Assembly (NCBI GenBank): GCA_038881595.1
Contig: JAVZPM010000004.1
Location: 1-64,000, forward strand
Reading direction: 5' to 3'
DNA length: 64,000 nt
DNA from: Candidatus Micrarchaeia archaeon
GTDB lineage: Archaea > Micrarchaeota > Micrarchaeia > CABMEP01
Positions 8,358-17,855 of the stretch are shown here, in pieces. A program made the position numbers and the translations under genes. The notes under the pieces were generated by a model, which did not search any database, was not told the origin of the DNA, and was given only the letters and a program-made list of their open reading frames with translations. Position 1 is the first letter of the stretch, and each line of letters starts with the position of its first letter.

Positions 8358-9459
8358 AATCTATTATATATATTACTTTAAGTAGCATCTTCTTAGTTAT
8401 TTCCATGTTACGTTCATATCCAGAAACATCTCCGTTGTAATGTGCTAAAAATACCTTAAAGTATGAATCAAGAACTACGTCTCTACATTTTTGTCTTGTT
8501 GTTTCCAAATCTTCACCTTGTTGGGCTACATTAATTTCTTGAGTTATTTGAAATAAAAGAGTCTCAAAAATTTGTTTTTCCTCAGTAGTCATTACTCTTT
8601 TTTGCAATTCTATTTCTTCTAATTTTGAATTTAACCAATCTGCCTTTTCTTTCCAGTCTTTACCTACAAATTTCTTTATTTCATTCGCATATTTTGTCAT
8701 TTTTCTTTTGAGTGGGAATAAATCATTTATATTGAAATTTTCAATTGAACCATTATATGGATAGGTTAAAGAAAGAATACTATATATATCTGAAATCACT
8801 TGATATTCTATATCATCTAATAATTCAAAAGTAAAGTATCTATTTGATCTTATTCTTTTCTTAAGATCCCTACCTATAATATAGCCATAAGCAAGAGAAG
8901 TCTGAAGTGCAAACAAATGCATAAATTCATCGTTTCTAGGATTTAAACATACTTCAATATCTCTATTTAAAGCTTCCTTAAAAATATGACCTGATAGATC
9001 ATATATCTGCTTTTTAACATCTTTATTGTTTTCTGCATCATTACATATATCTTCAAATGTGAGATTCGAATTTATTAAAGATAACAACGATCTATTTAAC
9101 ACTTCATAATCGCTATTCTTAAGTTTTTTGAAGTAGTAACAATGTAGATTTCTTTTATTAAGTTGATAAATACCTACCAGAAGTTTTGCAAAATTTGTAT
9201 TCAATATATCTGCTTGTTCTAATGTACATTTTTTAGTCTGACGTATTTCTTCAAGAACTTCTTGAATTAGTTCATATGAATCATCCATATTCAAATACTC
9301 TTTAAAGCTAGATTCTATTTTTTCCTTATTGTTAAAAATTAGTGGATAATCCTTTTTTTCCATTGGAAGATACTCTCTTCCTTCACTTAAGTTAAATTGC
9401 TCTCTAAATTTTTTTTCATTCTTATCTTCAGGACCCTGATCAAATTTAAATTTTGTCAT
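8329..9459 (-). CDS. Hypothetical helical protein
   Basis: 376-aa ORF with a leaderless BRE/TATA promoter. Overlaps the downstream REC-like gene. Confidence 0.7.
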   Translation of the reverse strand: MTKFKFDQGPEDKNEKKFREQFNLSEGREYLPMEKKDYPLIFNNKEKIESSFKEYLNMDDSYELIQEVLEEIRQTKKCTLEQADILNTNFAKLLVGIYQLNKRNLHCYYFKKLKNSDYEVLNRSLLSLINSNLTFEDICNDAENNKDVKKQIYDLSGHIFKEALNRDIEVCLNPRNDEFMHLFALQTSLAYGYIIGRDLKKRIRSNRYFTFELLDDIEYQVISDIYSILSLTYPYNGSIENFNINDLFPLKRKMTKYANEIKKFVGKDWKEKADWLNSKLEEIELQKRVMTTEEKQIFETLLFQITQEINVAQQGEDLETTRQKCRDVVLDSYFKVFLAHYNGDVSGYERNMEITKKMLLKVIYIIDFEKSRKDKE

Positions 9460-9545
9460 AAAATATTAACAAAAAAGAAGTATATAAATGTTTCGTTTTG
9501 GTCCTTTTTTATAATAATAAAATTAGATAAAAGTCAAACAAAATT

Positions 9546-11678
9546 TTAATATCCGGTATTACAAATATAAGGATCGTCATCTTGTATATCGTATCCTTTT
9601 GGTACTTTTATAACTATAGGTTTTTTCCCGCAAATTATTATGGCGTCGACTAATTCTTCATATTCTATAATTTGACCAGTCACGCTTCTTTCGTTTGCAT
9701 CTAGTTTATCAGATCCATCACTTACTGAAGAAATAGGATGGATATTTTCATTTTCACTTGAATTGCTAGGACCATTAGAAATATCTCTTGAATTTATACT
9801 GTATAAATTTATAGTATCTGAATAAGTAACGTTTTTTTCGTCTTTTTCTTTTTGCTTTGAATTTTGGTTTTTATTATGGAGTGTGATAATTGGAACTATT
9901 TTCCCTGTTGGATCTACTCCAAAAAGTTGATCATCATCTACATTTATTACTTGATTTATGTATCTTTTTAATTCAGAAATTTCATAGGAATTAACATTTG
10001 AAAGAACATCTGTAATCAAAATCATCTTTTCTTTTGAAAGGTCGTACCTTAATCCTTTTAATTTTTGAAGTAGTTCATTAGTAAGAACCTTTCTTCCCTT
10101 TGAAACACCTATCACTTCACCAAATGAAGGTTTGATCTCTTTTGCGTAATTCTCAAATAATTTGAGCTGTGTTTCGAAATTAAATCTTGCTGCGTTATAT
10201 TCATCTAATTCTTTCTCTATGCTGATAAACATTTTGTCAAAGTTTTTCTCTGCATTAGTTTCATCTCTCTTATTTGTACTTTTATTAGAAACTGAAACCT
10301 CCTCATTTGATATGATTTTGCTTTTCTTAGCTTTTACTTCCTCTTTTACTTCTTTTTTATCTTCTTTCTTTTGGACCTCTTTTTCAATGGATTTAACAGT
10401 ATTTGAAATAGAAGTTATCGCACTGTTTGACGAGAGATTAATAATATCTGTTGGGGTATTTAACCTATCTTTTAGAGCCAATATAAATAGTGAGGTTAAG
10501 GTAGTTGTATAGAAGACAGTCCTTACATAACTGCAAAAAGCATTAAGCCTCTCTCTAAATTTCTTCCTTTTTTCTTCCTTAGCATTCCAATATATTACCT
10601 TATTTTCAGATGTTGTGATAAGCTGTGACTGATTTACTACATTTTTTGTATCTTCTAAATCTTTTGCTTCGTATTTATTTTCTGCAGTGTCTTTCTTTTC
10701 TTCTTTTGCTTCCTCCACCTTTTGTTCAACCTTGATTTCTGGCTTCTTTATTTCAACCTTACAATAAATATACTTTGAAAGCAATTCGTTAGATATTGGA
10801 GACATTGGTTGCATTAATGATTCTATTTTCGCTTTGAATTCATTTTTTAATGTAATTATTTCAGAATCAAATTTTGAAATGGTTGAGTCTTTCTTATTTT
10901 CGATTGATGTGATAATAATGTCTATACTTTGTATTTTTGAATTTATTGAATTAATAGTCTCAGATTCGATTTCTTTTATCTTTTTATCATAGTCCTCATT
11001 TATTTTTTCTATAATTAATTTTTCTTTTTCTTCGACTTTTTTTCTAAATTCTTTAAACCTCATCTTTAAATCATTCTTTGCCTTTTTAAAGTCATTAATA
11101 ACAGTTTCCTTCTCTTGATAACTCTGAAATTCGTATTCTTTTATTTTTTTATTATATTCATATAATTTACTTTCAAGTTCAATATTTATATCTTTATTCC
11201 CTGAAATAAATGATGTATCAACACCTTTCTCTCTTATAGTCTCTAAAAGATAATAAGAAGGATCATTCATTGGATCTAAAACATATGAATAATACTCATA
11301 TTTCTCTTCGATTTCTTTTAGTTTAGTTTTAAGCAATTCATCTAACTGTTTTACTTGTTTTTCATATTCTTTATCGATCTTTTTATGATTCTCTTCAAAT
11401 ATTTTTAGATATTTTTCAATCTCTTTAGCTCTCTCTTTATTTGTACTTTCTATTCTAGATTGACCTAATTTTGTAATCCACTCTTTATAATATTCTTTAC
11501 TGTTTTTAAGCGAGCTGACTATTAAATCTGTGTTCGTTTCAATGGTCTCAATTTTCTCTCTAATTTCGGAGGTTTTTATTGAGTATTCTTCTGCCAAACA
11601 AGATGCAATAATTCTTCTTCTGAATGCGTCTCTTTTGAATTCATCTAATGATTTGACATCTATTTTTATTTTATCCAT
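9546..11678 (-). CDS. Membrane-anchored coiled-coil protein
   Basis: About 320-aa K/E-rich coiled coil, one central hydrophobic segment (VFYTTTLTSLFILAL), an S/K-rich linker and a helical C-domain. Confidence 0.75.
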   Translation of the reverse strand: MDKIKIDVKSLDEFKRDAFRRRIIASCLAEEYSIKTSEIREKIETIETNTDLIVSSLKNSKEYYKEWITKLGQSRIESTNKERAKEIEKYLKIFEENHKKIDKEYEKQVKQLDELLKTKLKEIEEKYEYYSYVLDPMNDPSYYLLETIREKGVDTSFISGNKDINIELESKLYEYNKKIKEYEFQSYQEKETVINDFKKAKNDLKMRFKEFRKKVEEKEKLIIEKINEDYDKKIKEIESETINSINSKIQSIDIIITSIENKKDSTISKFDSEIITLKNEFKAKIESLMQPMSPISNELLSKYIYCKVEIKKPEIKVEQKVEEAKEEKKDTAENKYEAKDLEDTKNVVNQSQLITTSENKVIYWNAKEEKRKKFRERLNAFCSYVRTVFYTTTLTSLFILALKDRLNTPTDIINLSSNSAITSISNTVKSIEKEVQKKEDKKEVKEEVKAKKSKIISNEEVSVSNKSTNKRDETNAEKNFDKMFISIEKELDEYNAARFNFETQLKLFENYAKEIKPSFGEVIGVSKGRKVLTNELLQKLKGLRYDLSKEKMILITDVLSNVNSYEISELKRYINQVINVDDDQLFGVDPTGKIVPIITLHNKNQNSKQKEKDEKNVTYSDTINLYSINSRDISNGPSNSSENENIHPISSVSDGSDKLDANERSVTGQIIEYEELVDAIIICGKKPIVIKVPKGYDIQDDDPYICNTGY

Positions 11679-11691
11679 ACTAAATCACTCA

Positions 11692-13299
11692 TTATTGAAC
11701 TGCTTTCAAATGCTTTGGAGCTATAGATTTCTTCCATTGTTTTATTACATATTCTATTGCATCTGGATTTATGTTTTGTGATAATAACCATTTTATGTAT
11801 TTTACTACATCACGCTTTATCTCTATTATATCATCTGGTATGGTTGTGATTATGACTTGCTCTTTCTTTACATACATATCAAGACTCTTTGCCATTTCTC
11901 TTAAAAGCACTGAAAGTTTTCTTTTTTGCTCTATAGAAAGTTTACCGTTTTTATCCATTTCTTCAATCGTTTTGATGAATTTCAATATGTGTGATTTTGA
12001 AGAACCTTTAGCTATTGGAATTCCATCATATTTGAGCTCTTCTGCTTTTTCTTTTAATTGTCTAATTGATCTCTTAAATTCAAGAACTACTGAACCAAGG
12101 TCTTCCTTTCCTGTATTTGACTTCTTAATTATTTCATTATTACTACCATTTTTAGGCTTAATCGAAACCTTAGATGGTGGTTTAGCTTGCTTAGATTCTA
12201 TTGATTCATGTGAATTTTCTTTTTGTCGAATGACGCCTTTTGCAGAAGTTGTAGATGTTGAAATTTCAGATTTAGTCGATGTTGATTTAGGAATAGTTGA
12301 TTCATTAGATTTAATTGTTGGAGTAGATACTGGAACATTATCTCCAGATTCTATCTCTATTGGTAAAATATCTACATATATTGTTGAATTCTTCTTATTT
12401 ATTACCTTTGAATCAGAAATTGGTTTATTGAAATTTACCCATTTTTCTCTTAGACTATCAAATCTCTTCGCTTCTTCACGCGAGATTACGAATATCACAC
12501 TTAAGGTTCCAAGTACTGAAATGCTTATTATTTCGAATAATTTTGTAAGATCTTTTCTTATTAGATTTACATTAGTTCCTTTCGTATCTCTTTTTACTTC
12601 TTCGTTTATATTTTGAACATTTGCATTTTCTGAATTTCCAGTCTTTTCGTATACTTCACTATTGGATTCGCTTTCAAATTTTGTAATTGGTACATCTGCT
12701 TCTGAAACACTAGAATCTATTTCCTTTATCCTATTATTCATTTCTTCTTTTATTCTATTTATTCTATCATCAAAAATTGAATCGTACTTATTAATAAATG
12801 AGAGATGATCGTATTCGATTTTGTTTTTAGATTCTTCGTATTCTTTTTCTACTAACTCTTTTTCTCTTTCTTTTTCTTTTGTCATCTCTGCCTTTTTCTT
12901 TTCTTTGATTACATTTTCAAAAGAAATGTTCAGAGCCTCTTCTATTTTCTTTTTTTCATCTTCAGACAGAGAAAACGAATCTATAGAGTTAATTATTTCT
13001 TTGATTTTATTCTCTTTTGAAGAATCCAACTCCATTTCTGCTTTTTTATATTTCTCTTCGATCGCATTAATTTTTGATTCGTAATCTTTCGTGATACTAT
13101 CTATCTTTGTTTTCTTTTGAGATTCTGCGTATTTCTGCACTCTTTCTTTTCCCGTAGTAAGCATATCGATTTTTGGTTGATATTTCTCCTTTACTTTGTC
13201 TTGAATTATTTTTTTCTTTTCATCCACACTGGATTGAAATTTAACCTCTGAATCACCTTTATTTTGAATATAATTGTTTGATATATTTTCGTTTGCCAT
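11692..13299 (-). CDS. Membrane-anchored coiled-coil protein (probable paralog of 9546-11678)
   Basis: Same architecture, with TM segment IISISVLGTLSVIFVI. Confidence 0.75.
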   Translation of the reverse strand: MANENISNNYIQNKGDSEVKFQSSVDEKKKIIQDKVKEKYQPKIDMLTTGKERVQKYAESQKKTKIDSITKDYESKINAIEEKYKKAEMELDSSKENKIKEIINSIDSFSLSEDEKKKIEEALNISFENVIKEKKKAEMTKEKEREKELVEKEYEESKNKIEYDHLSFINKYDSIFDDRINRIKEEMNNRIKEIDSSVSEADVPITKFESESNSEVYEKTGNSENANVQNINEEVKRDTKGTNVNLIRKDLTKLFEIISISVLGTLSVIFVISREEAKRFDSLREKWVNFNKPISDSKVINKKNSTIYVDILPIEIESGDNVPVSTPTIKSNESTIPKSTSTKSEISTSTTSAKGVIRQKENSHESIESKQAKPPSKVSIKPKNGSNNEIIKKSNTGKEDLGSVVLEFKRSIRQLKEKAEELKYDGIPIAKGSSKSHILKFIKTIEEMDKNGKLSIEQKRKLSVLLREMAKSLDMYVKKEQVIITTIPDDIIEIKRDVVKYIKWLLSQNINPDAIEYVIKQWKKSIAPKHLKAVQ

Positions 13300-13382
13300 A
13301 AAATTTAGACATGTAACTTATTTATATACTTTTCGGTTTAAGGTTTAAGGGGGGCTATTATAACTGCGAATTAAATAGCGTG

Positions 13383-16070
13383 TCAATACTTCAATTCCTG
13401 ATTTCTATAGACAAAGTATTTCACTAGTTCAGTTGTCAATGCATAACCAACTGCGATTAAAACTGTGAATAGAATCAAATCAGTTACTGGTGTTTCAAAA
13501 TTGAGATACGAAGCCACCGGTGGAAATATAGAGACAAATCCTATCGCAGTTGAAACGATAAGCGCGGCCATCAGAATTGCAGATGGCCTTGCTGCAAAGA
13601 AGAACGGCTTTGTTGTTCTAAGGAATAGGATTACAAAAATTTCTGACAAAACTATTTCAAGGAAGAATAATGTTCTAAACACCTCATCAAAAACATTCAG
13701 TACATAAACTAAGTAAATAATTAGTATTAGATCAAAAATTGTACTTATTGCACCGAATATAGCTCCGTTCTTAATTATCTGATCACTCCTCCATTTTCTT
13801 GGCTTTTTCAAATCATCTCCATCTACATTGTCTGTTGCAAACGCAAGAGCAGGAAGATCAGATAAAAAGTTGATAAATAAAATTTGAGAAGGGAGTAAAG
13901 GAATAAATTTCAGGAAGCCGGATGCGAGTCCGATCGTGAAGAGATTGCCGAAATTACCTGCAAATGTCACCCTAAGGTATTTGACGATATTTGAAAACAA
14001 TGTCCTTCCAATTATTATACCTTCGAAAACAGATCTTAGGCTCTTTCTTGTTAATATCACATCAGCTGCTTCTTTTGAAACATCTGTTCCTGTATTAACC
14101 GAAATCCCAACGTCTGCCTCTATCAAGGATGGTGCATCATTAACTCCATCTCCAAGATATGCAACTACATGACCCCTTGATCTAAGAAACTTTATTATTT
14201 TATACTTCTGTTCTGGTGTTGCTCTCGCGAAAATGATTGTATTTTCTATACGATCGAAATCTTTTTTCCTTAAAACTTCATCTATTTCCCTACCAGTAAG
14301 GATTTGCTTATCATCTACAGGAAAATCCAATTTTTCAGCTATTGTTTTTGTAACATTTGCACTATCACCAGTTATTATTTTGATATCAACTCCGTATTTC
14401 TTAGCCATCTTTAATGTTTCCCTTGCAGTTGGCTTGATTGGATCTATGAAGCTTACAAAGCCAATGAACGTAATTTCAGACTCATCTTCCTTTGAATAGT
14501 TACGCTTACTCGCGCTAGCCTTGATCTCTTTTATTCCTACTGCTATTACTCTTAGACCTTGATTACTCAGTCTTGTGTATGTCTCCATTGCCTTGCTTCT
14601 TACTCTGCTTATTGTGACTGCCTGGCCGTTCTGCAGCCCGTACCTTGAAATTGAAAGAATGGCCTCAGGAGAACCTTTGACTATAAGGAGCTTCTTTCTT
14701 TCAAATCTGGCTACTACACTCATTCTTTGTCTTTCATAATCAAATGGGACAATTTCTTCAATCTTGTATTTTTCAACTAATTTTTTAATTTCTGAATTGA
14801 AATTAAGGTGTTGATTTAATGCCACATCGATCGAACTTCCCTTTATTGTATGGTTTTTCTTAATTACAGAAGTACACGCTGCTGAAAGAACAAGAGGTAA
14901 TTTTGTTTCATTTCCTTCATAGTCGAAAGAATCTAAAACTCTTAATCTATTCTCAGTAAGCGTTCCTGTCTTATCACAGCAAAGTATGTCAACATTTCCA
15001 AGATCCTCTGTAGCTGAAAGACGTTTTACAATAACTCCTTTTGACGCAAGCTTCATCGCTCCTCTTGAAAGTATAGTAGTCATAATCATTGGCAATGGTT
15101 CAGGAATAAGACCTACTGCAAGTGCAACAGCAAAAATAAGTGAAACAATAATGTCGTGCCCTACGAAAATATTGAGAATAAGAATTAATACGCATGCAAA
15201 TAGTATTATATTCAGAAGATACTGACTGAAATCCTTCATATTCTTTTCAAATTCGCTCTCATCCTTTATCTCTTCCATTATACCTATAGTCTTGCCTATG
15301 AATGTTTCCTTTCCAGTGGCAATCACAATTCCTTTGCCTTTTCCTTCTTTTACAATGGAACCTGCAAATGCGATGCTATGCATCTCTTGAGGGAGGGGAT
15401 TTTGTTTCCTTATTTCTTTTGCTGTTTTTTTTATCGGATAGTATTCTCCAGTAATAACTGATTCATCTATAGCAAGGTTGTATTCTTCTATTATTCTAAT
15501 GTCTGCTGGAATCCTATCTCCGACAGTGAAGATGACTATGTCACCAGGAACAAGTTCTCTTGAATCTATTTCTATTATATTTCCATTTCTTATAACATGG
15601 CAATAGAATGAGATCATTTTCTTCAGCTTCTCAATTGCACTATGAGACCTGTATTCTTGTATCACATTAATGATTAGAGAAAGCAGAACTATTGCAAAGA
15701 TTATAATTGCTGATTGAATGTCGTTTATGAAATACGTAATTAAGCCTGCAAAAATAAGTGCAATTGTAATTGGATTGAAGAGATTTCTTAAAATCAATTT
15801 AATAAGAAAGTGGTGCTCCTTTACCACTACTTCGTTCTTTCCGAATTTAATAAGTCGGTCTCTTACTTCAGAATCAGAGAGTCCATTAATTGAGGAATTA
15901 AAATGTTTGATTACATTTTCGCTTTCCATTTTCCAGAAAGGGAAAGAATACTGATAAGATTGCTCGCTTTTTTCCAATCCTGCATTTTCATTCTTCAATT
16001 TTACTGCCAATAAACACACCTTTAACAAATTACTGTTATGAATTTTGATTTTCTTTTGCCTGTATATCAT
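13383..16070 (-). CDS. P-type cation-transporting ATPase (MgtA-like). True start is probably downstream of 16070.
   Basis: DKTGTLT, KGSPE, TGD, GDGVNDAP and PEPLP motifs plus multiple TM helices. Confidence 0.9.
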   Translation of the reverse strand: MIYRQKKIKIHNSNLLKVCLLAVKLKNENAGLEKSEQSYQYSFPFWKMESENVIKHFNSSINGLSDSEVRDRLIKFGKNEVVVKEHHFLIKLILRNLFNPITIALIFAGLITYFINDIQSAIIIFAIVLLSLIINVIQEYRSHSAIEKLKKMISFYCHVIRNGNIIEIDSRELVPGDIVIFTVGDRIPADIRIIEEYNLAIDESVITGEYYPIKKTAKEIRKQNPLPQEMHSIAFAGSIVKEGKGKGIVIATGKETFIGKTIGIMEEIKDESEFEKNMKDFSQYLLNIILFACVLILILNIFVGHDIIVSLIFAVALAVGLIPEPLPMIMTTILSRGAMKLASKGVIVKRLSATEDLGNVDILCCDKTGTLTENRLRVLDSFDYEGNETKLPLVLSAACTSVIKKNHTIKGSSIDVALNQHLNFNSEIKKLVEKYKIEEIVPFDYERQRMSVVARFERKKLLIVKGSPEAILSISRYGLQNGQAVTISRVRSKAMETYTRLSNQGLRVIAVGIKEIKASASKRNYSKEDESEITFIGFVSFIDPIKPTARETLKMAKKYGVDIKIITGDSANVTKTIAEKLDFPVDDKQILTGREIDEVLRKKDFDRIENTIIFARATPEQKYKIIKFLRSRGHVVAYLGDGVNDAPSLIEADVGISVNTGTDVSKEAADVILTRKSLRSVFEGIIIGRTLFSNIVKYLRVTFAGNFGNLFTIGLASGFLKFIPLLPSQILFINFLSDLPALAFATDNVDGDDLKKPRKWRSDQIIKNGAIFGAISTIFDLILIIYLVYVLNVFDEVFRTLFFLEIVLSEIFVILFLRTTKPFFFAARPSAILMAALIVSTAIGFVSIFPPVASYLNFETPVTDLILFTVLIAVGYALTTELVKYFVYRNQELKY

Positions 16071-16764
16071 TTTCTTGAATAGAACCTATTGTGATGTTTG
16101 TATCTATTCTGCTAGTTTCATTCGATGAAGTTGAATTCTCTTTTTCGAAAGATTGAGCACTAGAAACAGAATTTTCTAATTTTGAAAGCTCTATTAGTCT
16201 TCTTCTAATAGTTTCTTTTGAACATTGAAGCTGCTCTGCTATCTCAGAAAGAGACTTTCCTTCAGTTCTTAATTTCATAATTATATCGCTATTTATCTGA
16301 ACTTTAGGTCTACCTAGATTCTTGCCTTCGTTTTTCGCTCTTTGAAGTCCTGCCTTTGTCCTTTCGCTTATCTTTTTAGCTTCTTGTTTTGCTATCCAAG
16401 CAAAAATTGGAAGAAGAAGCTCTCCCATTTCTGTGGTCGTATCAAGAAAGCTTTCCTGATATGAAACAAATTTAACTCCCCACTCATTTAGATCACTGAT
16501 ATAATGAATGTCTTTTAGGCCTGCTCTGCTGAATCTATCATAAGACCATACCAACAAGACATCAAACTTTCTCTTTCTTGCATCTTCCATCATTTCTTCA
16601 AATACAGGCCTCTTTTTCTTTCCAGTTCCTGTGATGTACTCTGTATATTCCTTATAAATCTCATATCCCTTGGCTTTGCAGTAGTCTCTAAGCTGGATAA
16701 GCTGGTTCTCCACATCCTGCCCCTTGTCATCAGTAGAAACTCTTGCGTATATGGCCGCTCTCAT
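16036..16764 (-). CDS. Small serine recombinase (resolvase/invertase family) with C-terminal HTH
   Basis: IYARVST catalytic Ser motif, DRFSR, ISERTKAGL.RA...G..LGRP, then an HTH (SLSEIAEQLQCSKETIRRRL). Confidence 0.92.
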   Translation of the reverse strand: MRAAIYARVSTDDKGQDVENQLIQLRDYCKAKGYEIYKEYTEYITGTGKKKRPVFEEMMEDARKRKFDVLLVWSYDRFSRAGLKDIHYISDLNEWGVKFVSYQESFLDTTTEMGELLLPIFAWIAKQEAKKISERTKAGLQRAKNEGKNLGRPKVQINSDIIMKLRTEGKSLSEIAEQLQCSKETIRRRLIELSKLENSVSSAQSFEKENSTSSNETSRIDTNITIGSIQENDIQAKENQNS

Positions 16765-16850
16765 AAATAAACATTAAATAAAAAGAAATTAAAAGCTATT
16801 GAATAAAGGAAATAGAAAAGAATATAAATAAGAAATGTTTCAGTATTTAC

Positions 16851-17834
16851 ATGGGAAACCTCATTATTTCTATTGATAGACCTAAGCCGATAGTTGATAT
16901 TAATCTTGAAAGCATACGTATCTATCAAAGAGCAATCCATTCAATAATTCCACTTCTGGAAGAATTTGCGATCGAACCATTTGAATCAGCGTTAAAACGA
17001 ATGAGTGGATATAGCGACATAAATCCGCCAGAAAAGGAAATGAAGAAAACAATAAAGATAGATGGAATCAAATTCAATGTTTTGTCTGCTCCAACTACAA
17101 AAAGGCCGCAATATGCACTTGCATATGAACACATTGTTGAATATACAAAACACCTTATCAATGAGCACAAAAGAATAGGAAGAATAAAGGATCTTACGCT
17201 CATAGATGGAATTCCTTTTGTATCTCTTGATTTAATGATAGAAAAGATAAAATCAACTATTGAATCTGTCAAGATAGGAAAGGAAGGAGTGACTCAGAAA
17301 ATAGAATATGATGAAAATGATTTTGTTGAAGAAGTTTTAAAGATCCCAAGCTTTGCATTGGACATTAGCAGAACTAATGATCCAAGTATAAGCGGAAGTG
17401 CAAGAGTATATTTAATGGCAAAATCTATTAAACAGGATTATGAGGAAATCAAAACAAGATTTGAATCAATGGTCAAGGAGAGGACAGGATTTACAAAGAA
17501 TAACATACCAGATGAAAGAGCTGATGTTATAATGACAGATGTACCTGGATATGCCATACTTGTGAAAGTTATACCTACGATGAACGTAAGCTTTGCAAAA
17601 ATTATGGGAAGCCTGATACATGAGACTCCAACTGGAAAGATTACAGAAAAAACAGGTTTGCTTATAAAAGCTAAAAATGATATAATAGAACCTAAGATTG
17701 AAGGCATAATTGTCAAAAAAGGAGACAAAAAGTATATTTCGCTTGAAGGATTCTCATCTCTTTTAGAAGATTTAAAGGAAGAAAATAAAGAAAAAACGGT
17801 AAGATTTGAAATAACCACTACTGCTTTAACTTAA
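16851..17834 (+). CDS. Hypothetical protein with a two-fold internal repeat
   Basis: 327-aa ORF, divergent from the recombinase. Confidence 0.7.
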   Translation: MGNLIISIDRPKPIVDINLESIRIYQRAIHSIIPLLEEFAIEPFESALKRMSGYSDINPPEKEMKKTIKIDGIKFNVLSAPTTKRPQYALAYEHIVEYTKHLINEHKRIGRIKDLTLIDGIPFVSLDLMIEKIKSTIESVKIGKEGVTQKIEYDENDFVEEVLKIPSFALDISRTNDPSISGSARVYLMAKSIKQDYEEIKTRFESMVKERTGFTKNNIPDERADVIMTDVPGYAILVKVIPTMNVSFAKIMGSLIHETPTGKITEKTGLLIKAKNDIIEPKIEGIIVKKGDKKYISLEGFSSLLEDLKEENKEKTVRFEITTTALT

Positions 17835-17855
17835 TTCCGTTCTTTTAGGATTTGC

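Noticed and set aside
11771..12616. 281-aa plus-strand ORF, and the many other short antisense ORFs in the track
   Set aside because: They are antisense shadows of K/E-rich or housekeeping genes, with F/S/L/I-rich composition and no motifs.
13340..13356. G-run resembling an origin recognition box
   Set aside because: No TTCCAxTGGAA-type inverted repeat and no cdc6/orc1 nearby.
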